The position numbers and the translations under genes were made by a program. 25,506 nt of DNA from Promethearchaeota archaeon (GTDB taxonomy: Archaea > Asgardarchaeota > Lokiarchaeia > Sigyniarchaeales > SOKP01): contig JBHLNT010000053.1 in the NCBI GenBank assembly GCA_048941265.1, positions 1-25,506 of the forward strand, in the 5' to 3' direction. Shown piece after piece: positions 17,941-25,506 of the stretch. The notes under the pieces are model-generated. The model was not told the origin of the DNA. It saw only the letters and a program-made list of their open reading frames with translations, and did not search any database. Position 1 is the first letter of the stretch. Each line of letters opens with the position of its first letter.

Positions 17941-19191
17941 ATGTCTGAAAAAACTAATAATGAGGATTTGAAAAAGGGAGATGATATTACTCCTGTAAAT
18001 GCACTTAGCACCAGAGGTATTCATTTCGCGAATCCAGTAAAAGATGTATATACCGCTAATTTACCTATCGCTGGATGTGCTTGGATTGAAACAACTGACG
18101 GTGTGGTTTTAATTGATACTTTATTGTCGGTTGGGGCCGGTAAGGAAGTATTTAAGAAAATTAAGGGAAAAATCAAATATATCATTTACTCACATGGTCA
18201 TGGTGATCACGTAGGTGGCGCGGCAGCTTTTCTCGCAGACAATCCAGAAATTATTGCCAGCAAATATCTTCCAGATCGGTTTGAGAAATATGAAATCTTA
18301 GCAACACATAGAGGTCGTATAACTGCTCAACAATTTAATGTGCCAGAAACTGTTCGATCTTTTGATTATGTTTATCCAACCAAGACATTTTTAGGAGAGA
18401 TGACAATTTCTCTTGGAGATAAAACGTTTCAGCTTCATACTGCCCGTGCTGAGACAGATGATGTGGTATGGGTATATGTCCCTGAAATTAAATCCGCTTT
18501 CATTGGCGACCTAATGATTGGACCTGGGCTATTCCCTAATGTAGGCAATCCTTGGAAGCCAACGCGTTTTGCTTTAGATTGGGCAAAAACTTTGGAAGAA
18601 ATTAGAGCTCTTAATCCAGAATATGTTTTTTGTAATGGGGGAAGTATAATGTATAAAGGCAAACGTGCTATAAAAGCCTTAAGTCATAATATAGAGGTTA
18701 TCCGTGATATGCACGATCAAGTGGTAGAGTTTATCAATCAAGATATGCATATTACGGAAATGATTCACGCTGTTAAAGTTCCAGAACATCTTAAGAAGAG
18801 CCCTTTTCTTAAACCCCTTTACTCGAGACCAGAGTTTTTCGTATTTAATGTTTACAGGTGGTATCATGGGTACTTTGACCATAATCCTGCTCATCTTTTA
18901 CCTCGACCTGAAAAGGAAGTATTGAAGGAAATTTATGGGCTAATTGGCAGTTCCGATAAAATTTTAAAGAGAGCAAAAGAACTTTTCAAAAAAAATCAAG
19001 CTCAATTAGCTTTAGAAGTCTTAGATGTTCTTATCCAATCCGAACCAGAAAATATTGATGCAAGAGAGCTGCGAATCGAACTTCTTAAAACGTTAGGAGC
19101 TAATGATGAGTGTCTTATGTCTCGAAATACGTGGTATTATTTTATAAATCAAGATAAAAAGTTTATTCGTTTAATAAAAAGGGGAAAATAA
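17941..19191 (+). CDS. MBL-fold alkyl/aryl-sulfatase-like hydrolase (SdsA1-like, no SCP-2 domain)
   Basis: VLIDT, YSHGHGDHVGG (HxHxDH), AETDD, GDL, FPNVGNP and a dimerisation-domain motif YHGYFDHNPAHL. Confidence 0.82.
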   Translation: MSEKTNNEDLKKGDDITPVNALSTRGIHFANPVKDVYTANLPIAGCAWIETTDGVVLIDTLLSVGAGKEVFKKIKGKIKYIIYSHGHGDHVGGAAAFLADNPEIIASKYLPDRFEKYEILATHRGRITAQQFNVPETVRSFDYVYPTKTFLGEMTISLGDKTFQLHTARAETDDVVWVYVPEIKSAFIGDLMIGPGLFPNVGNPWKPTRFALDWAKTLEEIRALNPEYVFCNGGSIMYKGKRAIKALSHNIEVIRDMHDQVVEFINQDMHITEMIHAVKVPEHLKKSPFLKPLYSRPEFFVFNVYRWYHGYFDHNPAHLLPRPEKEVLKEIYGLIGSSDKILKRAKELFKKNQAQLALEVLDVLIQSEPENIDARELRIELLKTLGANDECLMSRNTWYYFINQDKKFIRLIKRGK

Positions 19192-19253
19192 AATACTCAA
19201 ATATCATAGCTCGAAATTAAATTAAATTAGAAATAATCAATTAGAGAGATTTT

Positions 19254-20621
19254 ATGAAAAAAATAGAATTTCCAAAAGGATTTCTGTGGGGGACTGCAAC
19301 CTCTAGCTATCAAATAGAGGGTGCTTGGAACGAAGATGGAAAGGGAGAAAGTATTTGGGATGTCCTTTCCCACACCCCGGGATCAATAAAAAACGGTGAT
19401 ATCGGGGATGTTACCTGCGATCATTACCATCGGTATAAAGAAGATGTTCAATTAATGAAAGAACTAGGTCTTAAAGCGTATAGATTTTCTATCTCTTGGC
19501 CTCGTATTTTTCCTTCAGGGAAGGGAACCATCAATAATAAAGGGGTAGAATTCTATGATAATTTAGTTAACGAGTTAATCGCTAATGACATAGATCCATT
19601 TATCACGCTTTATCATTGGGATTTACCTTCAGATTTAAATAAAATTGGAGCTTGGGAAAGCCATGAAGTGGTAAATGCTTTTGTTGAATATGCAAAATTT
19701 ATGTTTAATCATTTTGGAGATCGTGTGAAATATTGGATTACCTTTAATGAACCATTGGTATTTGCTGTTTGGTTTAATATGCTCGGTGCTTATGGTAAAA
19801 GGGATTTAGCAGGTGGGATTCGTGCTACACATTTAGTCAATGTAGCACACGCGAAAACCATAGCAGCATATCGGTCATCCAAATATGCCGATGGTCAGAT
19901 TGGTACCACTCTTAATCTTAATTCGGTATACCCTAAAACTAATTCCGCCTTGGACGCTGAAGGTGTTAAAATCGTTGATGGTGTAATAAATCGATGGTTT
20001 TTAGATCCCGTTTTTAAAGCCGAATATCCCAGTGATATTATACCAATATTTGAAAAGCAATTTAACTTTCCTCCATTACCAGAAGAGGATCTGATTCTAT
20101 TAAAGGAAAATCCTATGGATTTTATTGGGATAAATAATTATTCGTGTACTCGGGTTGGGGTTAGAAAGCCAGAGGATCTAAATGATCTAGGTAAGTTATT
20201 ATTACCAAAAAGACCTGAAAAAGGAGTCGAAGTGTCAGAAATGGGCTGGGAGGTATATCCAGAGGGATTATATGATCTTTTGAAGAGAGTGTACAATGAT
20301 TATAATCACCCTCCAATCTACATTACGGAAAATGGGATGGCCGCTAAAGATAATATCATCACGAACAATATAGTACAAGATGATGATCGATTGAGTTATC
20401 TTAAAAGACATTTTGAATCAGCACAAAGAGCGATAAATGAGGGAGTTAACCTAAAGGGATATTTTGTTTGGTCTTTAATGGATAATTTTGAATGGATTGA
20501 AGGGTATTCTAAGCGATTCGGAATTATTAAGGTTGATTTTGAGACTCAAGAGAGGATATGGAAAAAGAGTGCTATATGGTATAAAGATGTGATTAAAGAA
20601 AATGGTTTTAGAATGGATTAA
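19254..20621 (+). CDS. Glycoside hydrolase family 1 (beta-glucosidase-like)
   Basis: FLWGTATSSYQIEG, YRFSISWPRI, TLYHWDLP, acid/base TFNEP, nucleophile YITENG and WSLMDNFEW. Confidence 0.96.
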   Translation: MKKIEFPKGFLWGTATSSYQIEGAWNEDGKGESIWDVLSHTPGSIKNGDIGDVTCDHYHRYKEDVQLMKELGLKAYRFSISWPRIFPSGKGTINNKGVEFYDNLVNELIANDIDPFITLYHWDLPSDLNKIGAWESHEVVNAFVEYAKFMFNHFGDRVKYWITFNEPLVFAVWFNMLGAYGKRDLAGGIRATHLVNVAHAKTIAAYRSSKYADGQIGTTLNLNSVYPKTNSALDAEGVKIVDGVINRWFLDPVFKAEYPSDIIPIFEKQFNFPPLPEEDLILLKENPMDFIGINNYSCTRVGVRKPEDLNDLGKLLLPKRPEKGVEVSEMGWEVYPEGLYDLLKRVYNDYNHPPIYITENGMAAKDNIITNNIVQDDDRLSYLKRHFESAQRAINEGVNLKGYFVWSLMDNFEWIEGYSKRFGIIKVDFETQERIWKKSAIWYKDVIKENGFRMD

Positions 20622-20629
20622 TAATTACA

Positions 20630-20817
20630 GCAGATTTAAATCGGCCCTTTCAGTTTCTCATACTTTTAAACTGAAAAAATTAAAACTTACGAAAGAGGGC
20701 TTTGATCTTGAAATTATTGACGATTCCTTATTCGTTTTGCTTCCAAATGAGTTAAAATACATCCCCTTAACAAAAGAGCTCTATCAGAATATTATGCACC
20801 AAAAATATAGTTTTTAA
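20630..20817 (+). pseudogene. C-terminal relic of a FATP/very-long-chain acyl-CoA synthetase
   Basis: SHTFKLKKLKLTKEGFDLEIIDDSLFVL...YIPLTKELYQNI matches the TFK.KK..L.KEGFD...I.DPL...Y.PLT..Y..I tail of SLC27/Fat1/FadD6-type enzymes. The AMP-binding core is absent. Confidence 0.72.
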
Positions 20818-20927
20818 ATTCTCTTTTTACTTTAAACTCTAATTATAGGTTCGAAAATCTTATCCTCTCAAAACTGAACATATTACTGAGCAATACTTAA
20901 AAATTATAAAAAATTTCGATATCTATT

Positions 20928-22430
20928 ATGAATAATACAGCTATTATTAAAACTAAGTCGGGTAAAATCCAAGGCTATACCGAAAACGGTTTGGAAATAT
21001 TTAAAGGCATTCCATATGCTGAACCTCCTGTAGGAGAGTTACGTTTTCGTCAACCAATAGCGAAAAAGGCATGGGATGGTGTGCTCGATGCCACCAAATA
21101 TGGACATTGTGCATTTCAAGCATATTCACAGCTAGAAGAATGGTTTGGCAAGCTTCAGCCTGAAAGTGAAGATTGCTTAAATCTAAATATATGGACTCCC
21201 GCAACTGATAATAAAAAACGCCCGGTAATGTTTTGGATACATGGAGGGGCGTTCGTAATTGGAAGTGGAATAGATCCCATATATGATGGTTCAGCATTAG
21301 CACAACGAGGTGATGTTGTGGTCGTTACTATAAATTATCGACTAGGTATGTTTGGATATTTATATGTACCTGGAAAAACCATCAATATAGGTCAGTTTGA
21401 TCAAATATTAGCACTAAAGTGGGTACATGATAATATTGAATTTTTTGGGGGTGATCCAAATAATGTGATCATTTTTGGTGAGTCTGCTGGTGGTTATTCG
21501 GTTGTGTCTCTTCCCGCAATGCCCGCTGCTAAAGGACTTTTTCATAAAGTTATAGCTCAGAGCGCCCCCATGATTGATCCTAGAATTAACGATATAATTA
21601 CCAAGAAATTGATGAGAAAATTCGGCTTAAAAAGGGGCGAACTAGATAGATTGCGTAAAATTCCAGCTGAAAACATTATTGAAGGACAGAATAAATATTT
21701 TGAGGAAAATCCGAGGGATATTCTCGCGTTAAGACCCTTAATTGATGGAGAAACCATACCTATACATCCCTTAAAAGCATTCCAAAATGGCGATTGCAAA
21801 CATCTTGATTTTATGATTGGCACTAATTTGGATGAGTTCAAATTATTCACTGCCCTTGATCCTAATGCATTCAATATGAGTGATGATCAATCGGAAAAAT
21901 TATTGCTTGGATACTTGGGAATGTTAGGTATAGACAATAAAAAAGGTAAGGAAATACTCGATACATATAAAGAAGCAAGGGAAGGAAAACTTTCTATAGA
22001 CCCTAAAGAAATAATGTCGGCTCTTATTACTGATGGGATATTTCGAATCTCCACAACACGCTTACTTGAGGCACAAAAACCTCACCAGCCAAATACTTAC
22101 AATTATATGTTTACATGGGCGACACCTGTTTTCGATGGAATATTAGGTTCATGCCATGCTCTTGAATTACCTTTCGTTTTTGGTAATCTTAATCTACCCA
22201 ATATGGAAAGATTTGTTGGCAAAAATCCGAATAAAGCTCTTAGTGAAAAAATGATGGATTCTTGGATCGCATTTGCCCGAACTGGAAATCCTAACCATAA
22301 CGGTATTCCTGAATGGGCTCCCTATGATAAGGAAAAGAGAACTACAATGTTTTTTGGTGATGAGTGTAAAGCCGTCAATGCTGCATTCGAAAAGGAAAGA
22401 GCTGCATGGGATGGACTATTAGAAATTTAA
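20928..22430 (+). CDS. Type-B carboxylesterase (PnbA-like)
   Basis: FKGIPYAEPPVG, SEDCLNLNIW, WIHGGAF, NYRLG, GESAG nucleophile, GTNLDE and catalytic-His motif CHALEL. Confidence 0.95.
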   Translation: MNNTAIIKTKSGKIQGYTENGLEIFKGIPYAEPPVGELRFRQPIAKKAWDGVLDATKYGHCAFQAYSQLEEWFGKLQPESEDCLNLNIWTPATDNKKRPVMFWIHGGAFVIGSGIDPIYDGSALAQRGDVVVVTINYRLGMFGYLYVPGKTINIGQFDQILALKWVHDNIEFFGGDPNNVIIFGESAGGYSVVSLPAMPAAKGLFHKVIAQSAPMIDPRINDIITKKLMRKFGLKRGELDRLRKIPAENIIEGQNKYFEENPRDILALRPLIDGETIPIHPLKAFQNGDCKHLDFMIGTNLDEFKLFTALDPNAFNMSDDQSEKLLLGYLGMLGIDNKKGKEILDTYKEAREGKLSIDPKEIMSALITDGIFRISTTRLLEAQKPHQPNTYNYMFTWATPVFDGILGSCHALELPFVFGNLNLPNMERFVGKNPNKALSEKMMDSWIAFARTGNPNHNGIPEWAPYDKEKRTTMFFGDECKAVNAAFEKERAAWDGLLEI

Positions 22431-22538
22431 TTTTTTTTAATTTTTATTTTTTCAATAGTAGATAATGAAGAATTTATTAATATGAAAAGAAGCTAAATGA
22501 ATTGAAGATTAATTAACAAATAATCTGTAAACGTCAAT

Positions 22539-23387
22539 ATGAATGTAATTAAAAAATCAGAAATCACGATTAAAGAATTTGAAGTTCGAAACCTCATATT
22601 TTTCGTTTTAATAGCTTTTGGTTGGACTTGGTTATTTTATTTGCCATCTATCCTCTCACCGACTGGGGGTGGCCGTACATCAACTGGCAATATTGAACTT
22701 CACATTCTAATATTAGAGATTATAGGGAATTTTGGACCTTTAGTTGGAGCAGTTTCATTAACCTTTATAAATGAAGGAAAAGAAGGCGTCAAACAGTTAT
22801 GGAAAAGATTCTGGAATTTTCATATAAAAAAGAAATGGGTAATCGTGATCTTTCTCTTATTTCCTATTATATCCGGAATTGCTTTTTCAACAGCTATATT
22901 TACAGAAGGACTGATTGTTGAATTAATCTGGTTATCTCAACCGTGGTTACTCATTTTATGGTTTATCATGCTTTTTACATTTGCCGGAGGGTTAGCCGAA
23001 GAATTCGGCTGGAGAGGTTATGCTCTTGATCGCTTACAGGCTAAATGCAATGCACTATATTCTAGCATCGCGCTTGGAGTAATATGGGCGTTTTGGCACC
23101 TACCTTTTTGGTTTGTTGCTGGAGGCACCCATCAAGAAGGCTCGTTTTTAGGGTTCTTAATTGTCGTTATTTTTCTTTCTATTTTATACACGTGGATATA
23201 TAATAATACTGAAGGAAATCTCTTAGCAGCGACAATCTTTCATGCCATGAGTAATTTAGCAATCATAATTATATTCCCTATTGGTCAGAATACAACTGCT
23301 GGCTTTTATTATGTATTGATACTTGGTATTTTTTCTACATTAATTGTAGTAATTTTTAAACCAAAAACACTAAAACGTAATCTCTGA
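22539..23387 (+). CDS. CPBP (Rce1/Abi, type II CAAX protease) family intramembrane glutamic endopeptidase
   Basis: AEEFGWRGY, WAFWHLP and FHAMSN motifs in a multi-TM protein. Confidence 0.92.
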   Translation: MNVIKKSEITIKEFEVRNLIFFVLIAFGWTWLFYLPSILSPTGGGRTSTGNIELHILILEIIGNFGPLVGAVSLTFINEGKEGVKQLWKRFWNFHIKKKWVIVIFLLFPIISGIAFSTAIFTEGLIVELIWLSQPWLLILWFIMLFTFAGGLAEEFGWRGYALDRLQAKCNALYSSIALGVIWAFWHLPFWFVAGGTHQEGSFLGFLIVVIFLSILYTWIYNNTEGNLLAATIFHAMSNLAIIIIFPIGQNTTAGFYYVLILGIFSTLIVVIFKPKTLKRNL

Positions 23388-23751
23388 AAGATAAGAGTAT
23401 ATCAAAACGATTATTAGAATAATGGTTTGTCTAAATTGTCAAAATAAAGTAAATTAATTAGAAATTATAATTCTAAATAATTAAAAAATCTCATATGAAA
23501 AAAGTTGGTTTCGATATTACAAAAACAAACGATCCTATTTATGTACTATTGCCGTAAAGCTCAGAATATGAGTTACTAAAAGAGGAAATTTACAATTCTA
23601 TCATAAATGGAAAATATCGGTCCTAAAGTTAAATTTCTTCCTTTATAGCCAATTTTCTTCTTAAAATATTAAACTATCTGAAAGAGTTAAAGTTATTAAC
23701 ATAAATTTCCTTAGTTTTACTATATTATATTTTGAAAACTGGAGAAATGCA

Positions 23752-24357
23752 ATGAAACTATATAGCTTGGGTGTGAGGGGGGGATTAACAAAAATCAATA
23801 AAATTGCTTTTAATGAAAATCAAGTTTACCTAATTGATGACTTTAAAACTCTTTATTTATGGATTGGGCAAAAAGTACCCGAGAAAAGAAAAGAGTTTTG
23901 CGTGAAAAAAGTCAATAGTCTAAATGAAAGAAGAAAACCTCCCTCCAATATACAAATACTAACTCAAAACAAAGAATATGGTTCATTTCTCGCGATTATG
24001 GATCTTTTGAAAAAAGGCTTAAAACAAAAGATCTCTGCCGAAAGAAGACCTGAATTAGAAATTCAATATGAAGATACAATTGAATTAATAGAGGCGGGAA
24101 TCGATCCAGATTTAGAAGGTGAAATTACTATTGCAGCTCATGATCTCTTAAAAGAAAAAAAATCCTATGAAGATTTATGTAGGCAACTTGCTGAGATACA
24201 ATTAAATCTTTTAAAAGAGAAGGGTAAAGCCACGAAAAAAGAACTGGAAAAAAAAGCAGAAGATATCCACAAATCCTCATCCACTTACGAAGAACTATGC
24301 TGGTTAATTGCTGAATTAAATCTTTTGGCAGAAAAGAAGTCTTTTAAAAAAGGTTAG
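23752..24357 (+). CDS. Single gelsolin domain plus helical C-terminal domain (Asgard 1DGelX-like)
   Basis: FNENQVYLIDD..TLYLWIGQK...EKRK and QNKE..F follow the gelsolin-fold pattern. The C-terminus has a duplicated YE(D/E)LC..(L/I)AE..L helix. SD GGAGA 6 nt upstream. Confidence 0.8.
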   Translation: MKLYSLGVRGGLTKINKIAFNENQVYLIDDFKTLYLWIGQKVPEKRKEFCVKKVNSLNERRKPPSNIQILTQNKEYGSFLAIMDLLKKGLKQKISAERRPELEIQYEDTIELIEAGIDPDLEGEITIAAHDLLKEKKSYEDLCRQLAEIQLNLLKEKGKATKKELEKKAEDIHKSSSTYEELCWLIAELNLLAEKKSFKKG

Positions 24358-24445
24358 GAATTTTTTAAAACTTAATTTAAACCTAATGGTATTAAATAAT
24401 ACCAAGGATATTTAAATCATAGAAATAAGAATGAGGTGAAAATCA

Positions 24446-25072
24446 ATTTCTCAAAGTAAAGTTAGGTTAAATTGGAATATGAAAGGAGTTTGGTATGAAG
24501 CATGTGCATCAGAAGGACATTGCTCCTTTTATTTTGGCAGAGATAGAGAAGAGCCTTGTAAGTCATTTCAATTATTTAAAATTGAAGAGGGTAAGATAGG
24601 TGAAGTTGATATTAGCGGCGTTTTAGCGATTAATGTAGTCGATATATATTCAAACAAGGCTGCTGAATTATTAGCAAAAGGGGGAGAAGGAGGCTTATAT
24701 ATAAGTGATACTACTACAGAAGAACAAAGAAAATATTTAGAACCATTTTTCTCCAATAATGTGCCGGGAGGATTGATATTGCGAAAAATATTAGGAACCA
24801 GATATGTGGACATAAAATTAACCCAAGAAGATAAGACTTATCATATCACGATGCCCTATGGAGAGATGAAATCAACACTGACAACGGGCGGCGATGGAAA
24901 GAATCCCCAGCGTTTGGAAAACTCTCTATTCGGTGTGTTTTTCAAGGATATAAAAATTTGTAATACACACTTCTGGAAGTACAACGACTTCGGTAAGAAT
25001 TGGGAATTTGTTAATAGAAGCGGAACCATTGCCGATTTTGATCTCCAGGGCAAAGCGAGAATGGCAATTTGA
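24446..25072 (+). CDS. DUF1326 family protein; start probably ATT 24446 (ORF track uses ATG 24479)
   Basis: W.MKGVWYEAC, FKIEEG..GEVDISG, LYISD..TEEQR and the terminal W.F..RSG..ADF resemble DUF1326. GAGGTGA SD at 24433-24439. Confidence 0.7.
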   Translation: MSQSKVRLNWNMKGVWYEACASEGHCSFYFGRDREEPCKSFQLFKIEEGKIGEVDISGVLAINVVDIYSNKAAELLAKGGEGGLYISDTTTEEQRKYLEPFFSNNVPGGLILRKILGTRYVDIKLTQEDKTYHITMPYGEMKSTLTTGGDGKNPQRLENSLFGVFFKDIKICNTHFWKYNDFGKNWEFVNRSGTIADFDLQGKARMAI

Positions 25073-25168
25073 GATATGAAATTAACAAAATAAAAAGAAA
25101 TTTAAATTTTTTCTAAAATATGGACACATCTAATATTCATTTTGATAGATGAGATTGTAGAATAAAGC

Positions 25169-25506
25169 ATGGAATTAAAAACACTATTCAGCCCGCAAAA
25201 AATTGGAAATGTGGAAATTAAGAACAGAATTGTCAGATCGGCGACTTTTGAGCATAGAGCTGAAAAATATGGATACGTTGGTCAAAAAATAATTGATTTT
25301 TATGATGAATTAGCACGTGGTGGAACAGGTTTAATTATCACCGGATTCACTGGAATAGATCCGAGTGCGACAGTGAGCCCATATCAACTTCGAATAGATA
25401 ATGACTCCTATATTTCAGGACACAAAAAATTAGTTAAAATAGTTCATGATCAACCAAATGTTAAGTTAGCTATACAAATTGTCCATGCGGGACGGCAGGG
25501 TGAGCA
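25169..25506 (+). CDS. NADH:flavin oxidoreductase (Old Yellow Enzyme family), truncated by the window end
   Basis: MELKTLFSPQKIGNVEIKNRIVRSAT...FYDELARGGTGLIITG...IQIVHAGRQ. Not in the ORF track because there is no stop in the window. Confidence 0.92.
   Translation, partial: MELKTLFSPQKIGNVEIKNRIVRSATFEHRAEKYGYVGQKIIDFYDELARGGTGLIITGFTGIDPSATVSPYQLRIDNDSYISGHKKLVKIVHDQPNVKLAIQIVHAGRQGE

Noticed and set aside
22539-23387. CPBP protease as a Rab CAAX-processing system
   Set aside because: The GTPase has no C-terminal Cys and is 21 kb away, and CPBP proteins are widespread in prokaryotes.
1749-25053. Short antisense or overlapping ORFs in the track (e.g. 1749, 1795, 3189, 3698, 5264, 6420, 6629, 8982, 9922, 10341, 11497, 13416, 13590, 13601, 17172, 18435, 18679, 21001, 21557, 24568, 24856)
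   Set aside because: They lie within or across well-supported genes and have no recognisable motifs, so they are shadow ORFs.
1-25506. CRISPR array, tRNA/rRNA, IS element or prophage
   Set aside because: I saw no regularly spaced repeats, no cloverleaf or GC-rich RNA segment, and no transposase or integrase motifs.

Overview
AT-rich (roughly 30% GC by eye) prokaryotic window, very probably from an Asgard archaeon (Lokiarchaeia-like). This is inferred from a non-prenylated Rab-like GTPase, a single-domain gelsolin protein, BRE/TATA-like promoters and GGTGA/GGAGA Shine-Dalgarno (SD) motifs. The centre (~2.9-22.4 kb) is a catabolic region for sulfated, glycosylated or acylated compounds: three GPH-family MFS symporters, a Cys-type sulfatase, its radical-SAM maturase, an MBL-fold alkylsulfatase-like enzyme, a GH1 glycosidase, a carboxylesterase and several flavin/NAD oxidoreductases. 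Several relics not resolved by the ORF track lie between the intact genes: a 7TM pseudogene, two oppositely oriented sulfatase fragments, an M28-like gene split by one in-frame TGA, and an acyl-CoA synthetase tail. The most unusual signal is that two intact genes (SDR, DUF1326) seem to start at isoleucine codons (ATA, ATT), each exactly 6 nt after a GGTGA SD. No rRNA, tRNA, CRISPR array or transposase was seen. All family assignments come from motif recognition, not database searches.
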